DNA of 62,685 bases, filler included, from Jimgerdemannia flammicorona (GCA_003990765.1; 3 parts of 3 records of this genome joined end to end with filler, not necessarily neighbours in it), one strand, 5' to 3'. Shown: positions 50,301 through 62,685, numbered from the whole stretch's first letter. Program-made: numbers and translations. Notes: generated by a model not told the origin, from the sequence alone.

Positions 50301-52902
50301 CGGTGGATGAGGATGAAAGAGATGGCCAGGATGTACTGAAGCAAGGCTGGCAAGGAGGCAGGGAAGCAGCAAAGGCAGAGAGTGCATTGGGCTTCTACTA
50401 AATTGGCTAGGCTTCTGGAGGAGTGGACAAGACTGGCGATGGTGGAGGGAGAAGAAGATTGGAGAGTAATGAGGGTGAAGATGGAGGTTGGGGAACTACA
50501 ATAGGTGCTGCGGGAAGAGGAAGAGGTAAGGGTGCAAAGCTTGGTGGCATGGCTTCATTGGCAGGGGCTGGAGGAAGGGGAGAGGCCTTCTAAGTTTCTC
50601 ATGAGGACCCTTAGGGTGAGAAGGATACAGCAATGTTAGGAAGGGGTACTCGACTTGGATGGTATACTAGTGCATGGTGTACCAGATATTCTTGAATTAC
50701 TGAAGGAGTGATAGAGTGGATTGTGGAGTGAGGAGGAGGGTGGGGCAGATGCTACTGCCATTGACTGAACATTGGAGAATTGGTACCCACCATAAGTTGA
50801 GAGACTAGGTGATCTGGTGATGCCTGTAAAGGAGGATGAGATCCACCAGGTTCTTGCCATGACAGCCTCAGGTATAGTACCTGAAGAGGATGGCCTACCC
50901 TGGGACTTCTGGAAGTGAATGGTTGGAGTCTCAGGTGTGATGGGAGAGTTGATGGCATTGGGTGACTCTATATTGCAGACAGAGAGATGGGTGGGGGAGC
51001 AGGATCTTGGGCTGGTGATGCTGCTTTATAAGAACAAAGGAAGGTGAGAGAATTGGAAGAACTGGTGGCTGATAATGTTGCTAGATATGGACAGAAAGTT
51101 GATGACAAAAGGTGGTGGTCACAAGGCTACAGAAGGTAGCCCAGCAAGTTATAGGTGTTGAGCAGAGGGGATTTGTGGGTGGTTGGCTCATTAGAGATGG
51201 CACAGCCTGGGTACATGGAGTTATTGAAGGGGCTAGAGCCTGTGGACTGGATGGGCATCTAGTCTTCTTGGACCAGGAGAAGGTTTATGACTGAGTGTGA
51301 CAAGTCTGGCTGGTGAAAGTATTGGATAGAATGGGGGTTCTGATCCAATTTCGGTCAGCAATGGTCAGCCTACTGAAAGGAAGTGGGGCTGTCCTCATGT
51401 GTAATGGGCATAGAGGGATAGCATTCCCTCTGAGTAGAGGGGTGCCCCAGGGGGACCCACTGTCCCCCATCTTGTATGCTCTTTCCCTGGAACTCCTAAT
51501 GGACAGAATTAGGTGGAGGATAGTGGGACTTGCTATCTATGGCATAGGGTGGAAAGTTGGGGCCTTTGCAGATGACATGGTGGTTGGTTTGGGATCGATT
51601 GCTGATATCAAGGAGCTCAAGAAGACAGTGGAGTGGTATGAGAAGTCCCCTGGGACGAAGCTAAATTGGTATAAGTGTGAAACAATGGTGCTAGGCAATG
51701 GCCTAATGGGAGGAGAAGTTATAGAAACAATTGTCCCCACCAGTGAAGCAGTGCAGTACTTGGGCATCTATTTGTCAATCTATGGATCAGTTCTGCCCAA
51801 GCTTTGGTGGGAGCAGCAAATAGGAATTTGGGAGGAGGACCTGCAGGGTTGGGTGAGAAGACACTTTTCTCTGGTGGGATGGGTCTTGATTTTGAATGTA
51901 TATTGGCTGCCGAAGCTGTGGTATTTGGCTTATCATCTGGACTTCCCAGCCTGGGTGATGAAGAGATTGGTAAAGGTGGCCAAGGGATGGATTTGGGCTG
52001 GCAGACAGAGCCAGATTGGTTGGGAGACCTTGTCCCTACTGGTGGTGAGAGGTGGTCTTGGGCTAGTGGACTTTCCCAAATGACTATACTGCTTGAGAGC
52101 ATGGTGGCTTAAGAGGGTGGTGGAGTTGCGAGGAGGGAGTTGGGTTCCCCTGCTGCAGAAGGTCTGAGAGAGGTAGTCATCACTGAGAGGCTCAACTGGG
52201 GATCTTCTCTCATTGGTTGGACTTCAGAATACTACACAATTGTGATATAAAGGTTTCTGATAGGGGATAGTGGAGGGGACACACTACATTGGTATTCGCT
52301 GACAGGAGAATGAGAGAGAGGAGACTTGGGACCTAGTGATGTGGAGATGGGATGGCATACTGCTGGGCAGCATGCCTTTACTTGAGTTCAACATTGGTGA
52401 TGGAATAGAATGCCAAAGGGGACCAGGCTAGGATCTGTGGCCTAGCAGTTGACAAGGAGTTGGAATTGGAGAAGAGTGGGACAGGCATAGTGTTTGGATC
52501 TGAAGTGCCATAGTGTGAAAATGGATGCCACTGAAGTACTGGGTGGTCTGGTGGTGCATACTGAGGAGGAATATAATGCTCAACTTCTACTCAGGGCACC
52601 TTATCAAAGGGGGTTGCTTCGACTGTGAGGAGTGCCATAATGTAGAGCAGGAAGGGGGCTTTGTACAGACACCAGAACATTGGCTAGGAGGGTGTGAGGT
52701 GTTGGGAGACTTTTGTCGGGTCATTGGGGACTACTTGGGAGTAAGGTATAGGAGAGATGAAGTACAGGGGAGGTGGGAGGACTTGAGGGATTGATTGGTA
52801 GGAGGGGTAGGAAAGGAGTGGATTATCTTAGGTTGGACATTGGCTATTCGGGTTGGGCTGGCCAGTCACTGGCTATTTGTTTTTGAGGATGAGAGGCAAT
52901 AG
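47353..52902 (+). mobile_element. L1/Tx1-like LINE copy B (same family as 1-5868), 3' end cut by a gypsy insertion
   Basis: ORF1 47436-49423. ORF2 from ~49455 with EN, RT (GVPQGDPLSP, AFADD) and Zn knuckle. Collinear with copy A. Confidence 0.95.
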
Positions 52903-54964
52903 TGTAAGCGCACAACCTCCAAGCCACTGAAATTACATGTCACCCTCTGAACAGCCACTGAAATTACACGCGACCTCTGAACAAATCTGGAACTCACCTG
53001 CTTGATCACGAAGCTGAGTCAAACTGAAGTCACAGCGCACAAAGGTGAGTCAATATGAAGTCATGGAACACAAGATCTACACAAATGGAATCTTACCAAT
53101 CAGGACCAAATACATATATACCAAGCACCGAGACACATCAAATCAGAAAACCAAAACAAACAACAACTACAACTTTCAAACACACAAACATGACCACTGA
53201 GATCTACAACCGTATCTGTGCTGACATTTGGAATGCCATTGTCAACCGAGCCACACCCCCTCTACCCCTCATGAATATCCATAGCCTGGCACCCCTCTAC
53301 TTCATGGAAGCCCGATGGAACACCCTGAACATGCTTAGCGAGGCCCACCGAATCGGACAAATCTCAAGCTACTACCAGATTGGCCACCTCCTGGAAGACA
53401 TGGTCGAACACCACCATGATACAGATATTACTCAGATGTCTCAACACTGGAAGCTCATCACTCGCAAATACCGAGAACTCTTCTACGAGTATAGTACTAT
53501 TATTTCCTGCCTCTGAGTCACTACTAGCGAAATGGTTGCTACCCTGTCCTATGGCCAAATCGATGACATGATACAAGGACTCAACCACATGTACCTCGAG
53601 TACGTCGAAACCACAGACAGAACCTTTCCGCACCCTGATGACCATATCCTGCAAATGCCTCAAGTTGGATACACCATGAAGGATGTCTATAATATAATCC
53701 ACTTTGATGAAGATGAAGCAGAAGACAATGATCCCTCTGATGCCGACATGACCTCTAGCCAAGGATCTCTGCCAACCCTGATCACTCTGCCAACCTTGCC
53801 GATGAACTTACAACAGTTCATAATGGCATATGAGACTTATTGGGACAATGACCACTGGCACGAATACCAACCTGCATTCACCCCCAATTACTTCAATTAC
53901 AATGAAGAGACTGGAGAACACAACCTGTACCTTCAGACAACCCTTGAAATCGAACCAACCACTCTACCACCCGAGTACGAGTGACATGAACCACAGCCGC
54001 CAGCATACTATAACCCCATAACTTATAGTGCCATAATCTATAGAAGGTACGCAGACAGTGAATCTGATGAAAGTGAAGACAATATACCCATCCTTCGCCC
54101 ACCAACACCTTATCCAGTGTACGAGACAGATGATGCTATCCTATGGGACGGAGATGAAGTCCCAATGTATTATTATCTCAGCCAACAAGGAGAAGTAATC
54201 TGCAAACCACTCTTCCTAGATGACTACTTCATCAGAGATGATGCAATCGATGGTGATGTCATCGAAGACTTCCCAGACAGCGCCTAAACCCATAAATAGC
54301 CTAGCAGTTATAGTATAGTTAGATTAGCTTTGTATGACATAACTGTGAACTGACTCAGCAGTCAGACGATCTCTTGACATGGCAGATCACACTTGTACTA
54401 CGTGACTGCATTCTGACTCAGCAAGGTACTTAGTGCTACATCCATATCTAGCATAGTCCAGATAGCCCCTCACTAGTATAAATACCCCCTCCCCCAGACC
54501 TCAGAATCTCAGACTTGAACAATCCGAACTCAACTCCTGAATACTTCCCCACAATACCCCTTTACATAAATACTCCTGGCATAGCAATATCATGAATAGC
54601 AAATAAACCTATTTCATAACTCATAAACCACTCTTAAGTAAATCTGCTCCCTGTTAGGTCCTACTCCTAACCCCATCACGAAATTTCCTAATTGGGTATT
54701 GTCTGCAGCGATATACCAATTCAACTAAGCTGGTCTTAGTTTCTTGAATATCCTGAAATACGGAAAATCCTGAACATCCAGAACTAGTCCAAAAAGGACT
54801 TTGGTTGAGACGTCAACCCAATCTTGAAATCAATAAGCATAGAGGATGTACTCCATACGAAATTGATCTTGACCATAAGAAAATGGTCTTCCAGAATATC
54901 CAGAACTTCCAGAAAACCCTTCCAGAACTATGTAACAGTTACCCTAAAAAGTAACCCTCTTACA
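52903..54964 (+). repeat. 5' LTR of gypsy family 3 (2062 bp)
   Basis: Direct repeat of 61487-62650. TATAAATA at 54477, AATAAA at 54602, terminal TGTAAG/CTTACA. Confidence 0.93.
53190..54287 (+). CDS. LTR(U3)-encoded protein of unknown function, ~365 aa (410 aa from the ATG at 53055), two CGA>TGA stops in this copy
   Basis: Single frame 53055-54287. Its only internal stops (53514, 53982) are CGA in the 3' LTR. Acidic, Tyr/Pro-rich C-terminus. Confidence 0.8.
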
Positions 54965-54999
54965 ACTTGGTAGCAGCAGTTTATAATCCAATTCCACTT

Positions 55000-57900
55000 C
55001 AAGATGCTTCCTCACCCTGCTACAAAACCTTCTGTAAATTCCTACAAGTTGGTATAAAGCCCAACCTCTGAACTGGAATTAATCTGAACCATCTGACAAT
55101 CTGGAGAGAATTGAACCTGACATATAAGGACAATTTGACCTCCACACCTGCAACAAGTGGGATAAACTTCATTCAAAGAAAGAAGTACTCAAGTTAAACC
55201 AGCAAATAGGCGAAACCCTATTCACCGAACTCCTTGCACTACACCCAGCAAGTCAAGATGAAGAAGGTCTTATTGAAGCCTTCTTTACTCTTCTCAACAA
55301 GAGTTTTGTCAGCTCCACAAATCCAAGCGACCTAGGACAACCAGCAGCAGTCTTTCTAGCCTTAGTTCCTCACGAAGCCCAAGCCTCTGTAGCCAAGTGG
55401 CTCAACTCTATGGACTATCACTGTACCAGGACCAAGACCGCCTTATACTACCAATTCCAGAACAGCAAGGCATGCCATATCCTCAAAGAAGAAGTAAGAG
55501 AAACCCTTCATCAACTACCTGACCCCAAACCTGAAGCAGGCCCTGCTACAGCCCCACCTGAATCTGAAACCAATACCGAACCTGAACTTGACTTTGAATT
55601 AAGTCCATCTGAAATCAGATATACAACTGATTCTGTCTACTTTGACGCCAAGCAAACCCAATTACATGGGGACCAAACCAAAGAAGAGGAGGAGTATCTT
55701 ATTGAATTCGATCCTGGATACACCACTGAAGGAGACACACATCCATCAGGACAGAATACACCTACACAACAACAAACAGCTATCTATCAAGCCCTCACTC
55801 CAGACCCACAACTACTACTCCAGCAGCTTACACAGACCCAAAGAACCCCATCACACTCTGCACCAGTACCTCAAGTAGTACCAGTAACACCACTATCAGC
55901 AGTCCAACTACCTCCAGCAATCAACATGACGAACCAACAGATTCTAGACCTCACAGCCCAAGTAGCTATAATGGTAGCAACCATTACTGCCTTAGCTGAA
56001 CAGACCAGACCTACCAAAAATCTGAGCCTACCTACCTTCAATGGTACTGCACAAGAAGTCCAACTTCATTAGTGTAGTTGACACCAACTTCGAAGCCAAT
56101 CAATGGACTAATGAGTGAGTTGCTGACCATGTTCTGACAAACAATCAAGACCACACTCTGGAACAACTCTTTGCTACCACTACAGCCTATGTCCACCAAG
56201 GTGTTACATTCTTCCGAGGACCTGCCGAAGAATTGTGGTGAACCCTTCCTGAAAAACCCCTCACATGGGATACCTGACCTGCAGTAGTTGCTCAGAATGC
56301 AGCAAACAATGCCCCAGGATATAGAGCCCATCCTGCAGCCCCTGGACTCAAACAACTCATGATTGCTCAATATCGCAGCAAAACCATGATTGCTGAATCT
56401 CGAGTAAAACTCTGCAACCTCAAATTTGATGTACATGGCAAAGAAGAATTTGAAACCTTCTGTACAAAACTCGAGTCACTCCTGAACACTGTTGGCCTAG
56501 GATATATCACCAATGATGAAGCACAAAATAGTACAAGAGCAGACCACTTATTCAATGCTCTGCCTGAATAGCTTACTAGAAAAATCCAAGAACAAGGCCG
56601 CCCAGTTGGTTGTGAATCACCAACAATGGTGCCTAGCAAGAATCAAGACGATGGTCAAGTGAATCCTAACAGCTGGACCAATTCTGCCTCAAAGGCAATT
56701 CAACAACAAGGAAAAGACTTGGACCAAGAAAGAAGAACCCAAGCATGAAGCATCTCGAGCTCCCTCCACATCCACCTCTTGGACACCTAGAAATCATGAA
56801 CCCACCCAGCCAAGTACCTTCAAGAAACTTACTGAAGGTGAAAGAAATGAACTTCGAAGAAGCGGAGCATGCTTCTATTGCCGAAAGACAGGACACATGG
56901 CCAGTGCCTGCCCCAACTGAAAACCCTGAACAGCAACAAGAGCAACTGTTACCACTCTGCACCACCTCAACAATTTGACCACCAGAACACTAGACTTTGT
57001 CAAGTTAAGACAAACTGCTAAGGCCCCAACCAAAGGAAATCAAAAAGCAGCTGGATATGACCTGTATACAGCCAAAGAAGCTACAGTCTCCAACTGAGAA
57101 GTCAAACAAGTCTACACAGGAATCAGTATCCAAATCCCTGAAGGACATATTGGAAGAATATGCTGTCGCCACAGCCTAGCACTGAAAGGACTCTCAGTAG
57201 AAGGGGGAGTCATCGACGAAGATTATACTAGTGAAATCATTGTCCTCATTCGAAACCACAGTTGGACACCCTTCAAGATCCCTATTGGCTTCTGCATCAC
57301 CCAGATCCTATTCGAAAAAATCGAGTCAACCCTGACAGTCAAGGAAGTCCCTGAACTACTGCCCACCATCTGAGGATCTAAAGGATATGGCTCATCAAAC
57401 AAAGCCCCAGCCCAACCTACCATAAGCAAAGAAGAACAATTTTATAAGAAGATCGAAGATGGATATATACCAAGTGGCCGATGCCCTCATGATATTGGAA
57501 TGTACTCTTTCTGAATGATTGATGATTGCTTCTCTTGTGTCAACGAACTGGCTCAAAGAAGAACCAACAGAAGAAAGACTCCTACAACTGAAATCACCAG
57601 CATTGGATCAGACAAACTGCTCACCCTTAAGGCTTTTGTCAACTGAGCACCTGTCAAGATTATGATAGACAGTGGTGTCTCAGGCAACTTCATTAATGAA
57701 GAGACAGCCAACAGACTCAAGGTCTTCACCTCCCCAGTATAGCAAACTCAAGCAGTTGCTACAGCTGATGGAACCTTGCATGTTATTAGCAAAGAAGTCC
57801 GCAATCTACTCTTCCAAATTGGTGACTACCGAGTACATGTTACCCTCCAAATCGTACCACTTCCTGACAATGAAATCATCCTTGGGACTCCATGGTTAAA

Positions 57901-60900
57901 ACGAGAAAACCCCATGATCGATTGGGTAAACCATTCTCTGACCATTAAGAAAGGACACCACAACTTCAAACTATAAGACGAATAGGACTCACTCAACTCT
58001 AGTGACCCTGGACCAAAGATCACCCACATCAACAAGCTACAACTCAAGAAATTGGCCAAGAAATGCCCTCTCTTTGCCATCTCCATCCAACTATCCAAAG
58101 GAGAACCCAAGAACTCTGAAGAAGATTTTTCCAAAGTTGACAATCATGTCAGACTACTACTCCAGAAATTCCGAGACATATTCCCAAAGAAGCTCCCAAA
58201 AGGCCTACCTCCCAAACAAGCAGTAGACCATGCAATCAAGACTATCCCAGATGCCAAACCAGCCTTCAAGTCAATCTACCACATGTCTCCAAGAGAAATT
58301 GATGCACTCAAGAAGGAAATCGACGAACTCCTAGAACAAGGATTCATCAGACCCAGTGTATCACCCTATGGTGCACCAGTCCTCTTTGTTGTCAAGAAAG
58401 GAGGAGACCTACGAATGTGCTTTGACTACCGCAATCTCAATGAACAGACCGTCAAGAACTGTTGCCCACTACTAAGGATCAATGAAATATTCGATAGACT
58501 TACCAACCTACAATTCATGAGCTCCTTTGACCTGTGAAATGGTTACTGGCAAATTGCCATGAAAGAAGAAGACATCTACAAGACAGCCTTCCGAACTCGC
58601 TATGGACACTTCGAGTTCCTGGTTATGCCCTTTGGCTTAACTAATGCTCCAGCAACCTTCCAGACACTGATGAATACCATTCTGCATCCATACCTAGACA
58701 AATTCATTGTTGTCTACATTGACAACATCCTAGTCTTCAGTAAAACCTTGGAGGAACATCTTGAACACCTTGAACTAGTACTACTGAAACTCCAAGAAAA
58801 CTGACTCTTTGTAAAACTCAGCAAGTGCGAATTTCTCCTGAAAGAAATTCAATTCCTTGGACACATTGTCACTCCAAATGGAATCAAAGTAGACCCCAGC
58901 AAAATCTCTGCAATCAAAGATTGGCTCAGACTGAAGAAGCTGAAAGACCTCCAGTCATTCCTGGGATTAGCAAACTATTACAGGCAATTTGTTGCTAACT
59001 TTGCTAAAATCGCTACTGCCCTCACTCAAATGACCAAGCACTGCAAGAAACAAGAACAACCCTGGACCATGAAACAAGAGAAAGACTTTAACAATCTTAT
59101 AAATTGGGGACCCAAGCAAGATACTGCCTTTCAAGCACTGAAGGATACCTTGATAACCACTCCAGTACTTCAAGCAGCAAACCCTACCCTACCATATAAA
59201 GTCACTACTGATGCCTCTGATCTAGCTCTTAGAGCAGTGCTCATGCAAGAAGGACACCCTGTGGCCTATTACTCCAATAAGTTCAATGATGCCGAAATCA
59301 ACTATACAACTCATGAGAAGGAAATACTAGCCATCATAGACACTCTGATCAAATGGCGACCATATCTAGAAGGAGTACACTTCACTGTATTAATTGACCA
59401 CAAGTCATTAGTCAACATCAAGACCCAGGCTACCCTTTCTCAAAAGCAAGCCAGATGGATGAAAGTCCTCACCAACTTTGACTACGAAATCCAGTACTGC
59501 CCTGGCAAGGAAAATATTGTTGCCGATGCAATCTCCAGACCACCTATTGAAGAGGTTATCCAAACTCTCACCTTGGTTACAAACTCCATCATGGAACAAA
59601 TTATCACAGCATGTGCTGATGATAAGGAAGCTCAAGCACTGCAAGAAATCCTGAATAGTGACAATGCCGACAAGCATAGACAGTATCATCAATACCAACT
59701 GAAGGACAATGCTATCTACTACAAAGACAGACTCTATGTCCCAAACAACTGAGACCTCCGAAGGACTATCCTATTTGAATGTCATGATGCCCCTATAGCT
59801 GGATATTTAGGATTTGACAAATGCTATGAAGTTATTTCCCAGAACTTCTATTGGCCCTGTATGGCAGATCAACTCAAAACCTACATTACTTCCTGTGATG
59901 CCTGCCAATGAAACAAGTCCTCAATACTAGCAAAACCCAGCTTACCTCACCCTATCCCAGTACTATCTGCAAATTGGGAACAAATCTCTATAGACTTTAT
60001 TGTACAACTACCCCGAACCAAGAATGGGAAAGATGCAATTGTTGTCTTTATGGACTACCTCAGCAAACAAGCCCACTTTGTGCCTACTACCACTACTGCA
60101 ACGGCACCAGACATAGCCACACTCTTGTTTGACAACATCTTCCACTATCATAGTCTTCCTAAGATCATTGTTAATGACTGAGACCCGAAATTCACCAGCC
60201 ATTTTTGGAAAGCCCTCCATACACACCTGGGAACAAAACTTGCACTATCCACAGCCTTTCACCCAGAAACTGATGGCCAAACTGAAAGAATGAACTGAAC
60301 TCTGGAATAAATACTAAGGAACTATGTTTTCTATAGACAAGATGACTGGCATGAATACCTCACCACAGTTGAGTTTGCCTACAACAATAGCAAGCAAGCC
60401 TCTCTTGGAATGACCCCATTCTTTGCCAATACTGGACAAAATCCAAACACCCATTTGACACTTATCCGAACTAATGAAGAACCCTCCACAGTCGAAGCTA
60501 TTGAAGAATTCTTACTCCGAATGCACAATTTAAGCCAGATTGCCATCGAGAATTTATCGCGAGCTCAAGAACAACAATCACAGTATGTTAACCAACACTG
60601 CTGAGAAAAAACTTTTGATATTGGAGAAAAAGTCCTACTAGACATTAGAGGATACCGAGTTGACAACCTCAAGCACAGACCATCTACAAAGCTGAGCAGC
60701 AAGTTCATTGGACCATTTGAAGTCATCGCACAAGTCTCTCCAACCTCCTACAAACTGGCACTACTAGACACCATTAAGATTCACCCAGTCTTTAATGTTC
60801 AATGTCTCAAGCGATACAATGAGAATGATGATGAGCTATTTCCAAACCGGACCCCCAAACCACCTGCACCTGTCATCATTAATGACCAAGAAGAGTATGA

Positions 60901-61057
60901 AGTTGAATAAATCCTCAACAAATGTCGCAATAAGAGCCATCCTGAGTACCTTGTCAAATGGAAGGGTTACCTGATTCATGATGCAACCTGGGAACCCAAG
61001 ACCAATCTCCAGAATGCTACCAACCTAGTTCAGGAATATGATTCCTTGAACAACTAG
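55000..61057 (+). pseudogene. gag-dut-pro-pol polyprotein of gypsy family 3 (nucleocapsid to chromodomain in one frame), decayed
   Basis: Zn knuckle, dUTPase (AAGYDLY, RHSLA, GGVIDEDYTSEI, ITQ, GSKGYGSS at 56990-57400), PR, RT, RH, IN and chromodomain share a frame interrupted mostly by TGA. Confidence 0.92.
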
Positions 61058-61486
61058 AACCAAATATTCCACACCTATCCATACATACTATATATTATTC
61101 TCCTGAACATTATAATTATTACAAACAAAATCAAGAACTCAGCAAAACAAAGACAAGAATACTGACCCCCTGGAAAAAATAGCAAAACTGAAAGCAAGCC
61201 TATTCTCCCTATACAACTGGTGGGAAACAAGGCATAGATATTTAAGAAGATTCCTTAGAGGAAATTCCCAGTAGTGAATGACATCAGAATCACTTCCGGC
61301 ACATGGTATTGAACACATGACCCTTTAACATATGAATCCAATGTGTTAGGCAACTGTACTATGAGAATGCCACTTTCTGAGAAAAAATAGACCTTACTAG
61401 ACTTTTGACCTCTCAATTGGTGTAACAACACTAGAACAAAATTAGAAGGCCCCGACGAGTACGTTGAAAGCTAAGAAGGGGAGAGT

Positions 61487-62648
61487 TGTAAGTGCACAAC
61501 CTCCAAGCCACCAAAATTACACGTCACCCTCTGAACAAGCCACTGAAATCACATGCGACCTCCGAACAAATCTGGAAATCACCTGCTTGATCATGAAGCT
61601 GAGTCAAACCGAAGTCACAGTATACAAAGCTGAGTCAATATGAAGTCATGGAACACAAGATTTACAAAAATGGAATCTTACCAATCAGGACCAAATTCAT
61701 ATATACTGAGCACCGAGATGCATCGAATCAGAGAACCAAAACAAACAACAACCACAACTTCCAAACACACAAATATGACCACCAAGATCTATACCCATAT
61801 CCGTGCTGACATTTGGAATGCCATTGTCAACCAAGCTATACCCCCTCTGCCCCTCATGAATATCCATAGCCTAGCACCCCTCTACTTCGTGGAAGCCTGA
61901 TGGAATACTCTGAACATGCTTAGCGAGGCCCACCAAATCAGACAAATCTCAAGCTACTATCAGATCGGCCACCTCTTGGAAGACATGGTTGAACACCACC
62001 ATGATACAGACCCTACCCAGATGTCTCAACACCAGAAGCTCATTGCCCACAAACATCGAGAACTCTTCTATGAGTACAGTACCATTATTCCCCACCTCCG
62101 AGTTACTACCAGCGAAATGATTACTACCCTGTCCTATGGTCAAATCGATGACATGATACAAGAACTCAACCAGAAGTACCTTGAGTATGTCAAAACCACA
62201 GACCGAACCTTCTCCCATCCTAATGACCACATTCTACAAATGCCCCAAGTTGGATATGTCATGAAGGACATCTATAATATAATCCACTTCGATGAAGACG
62301 AAGTAGAAGACAATGATCCCTCTGACACTGACATGACCTCTAGCCAAGGATCTCTGCCAACCCTGATCATACCGCCAACCTTGCTGCTGAACTTACAACA
62401 GTTCATAACTGCATACAAGACTTATTGGGACAATGACCACTGGTATGAATACCAACCTGCATTTACCCCTGATTACTTCAACTACAATGAAGAAACTGGA
62501 GAACACAACCTGTACCTTCAGACAATACTCAAGATCGAACCAACCACTCCACCACCTGAGTATGAGCGACATGAACCACAGCCACCAGCTTATTATAACC
62601 CTGCGACTCATAGTGCTGTAACCTACAGAAGGTATGCAGACAGTGAAA

Positions 62649-62650
<2 letters not shown>
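61487..62650 (+). repeat. 3' LTR of gypsy family 3 (partial), ending at a poly-T tract
   Basis: Aligns with 52903-~54065. Poly-T 62651-62685 replaces the remainder. Confidence 0.93.

Positions 62651-62685
<35 letters not shown>

Larger units (their letters stand above)
52903..62650 (+). mobile_element. Ty3/gypsy chromovirus family 3 with ~2.06-kb ORF-bearing LTRs: (extra N-terminal ORF)-gag-dUTPase-PR-RT-RH-IN-chromodomain
   Basis: 5' LTR 52903-54964 (TGTAAG..CTTACA). PBS TGGTAGCAGCAG 54968-54979. PPT AAGAAGGGGAGAG 61473-61485. 3' LTR from 61487. CCHC knuckle CFYCRKTGHMASAC, PR IDSG, RT YIDN, IN, chromodomain 60890-61057. Confidence 0.95.

Noticed and set aside
53514..61057. Frequent in-frame TGA suggesting readthrough or an alternative genetic code
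   Set aside because: LTR-LTR comparison shows CGA>TGA decay. Host genes are uninterrupted and the tRNA-Trp is a standard CCA.

Overview
Eukaryotic, fungal-type genomic DNA (intron-rich genes, Uds1 and Fic1/Inn1-like proteins, chromoviral gypsy elements). An early-diverging fungus such as a Mucoromycota member is an inference, not shown. Three contigs are joined by 100-nt N-gaps with a TTAATTAATTAA linker (20840-20939, 41769-41868). Contigs 1 (1-20839) and 3 (41869-62685) are nests of decayed, CpG-depleted retrotransposons: two near-full-length L1-like LINEs of one family and four Ty3/gypsy copies from three families, all carrying a dUTPase. Contig 2 is a CpG-rich gene island with a LaeA/TAM-like methyltransferase with a degenerate SAM motif, tRNA-Trp(CCA), a Uds1 coiled-coil gene, an MFS pseudogene, a small membrane protein, a Fic1/Inn1-like C2 gene, several MITE-like repeats and a candidate structured ncRNA. 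The most striking item is a dUTPase+chromodomain gypsy element whose ~2.06-kb LTR carries a ~365-aa ORF in U3. Each LTR copy has different CGA>TGA stops, so the two copies together restore the open frame.
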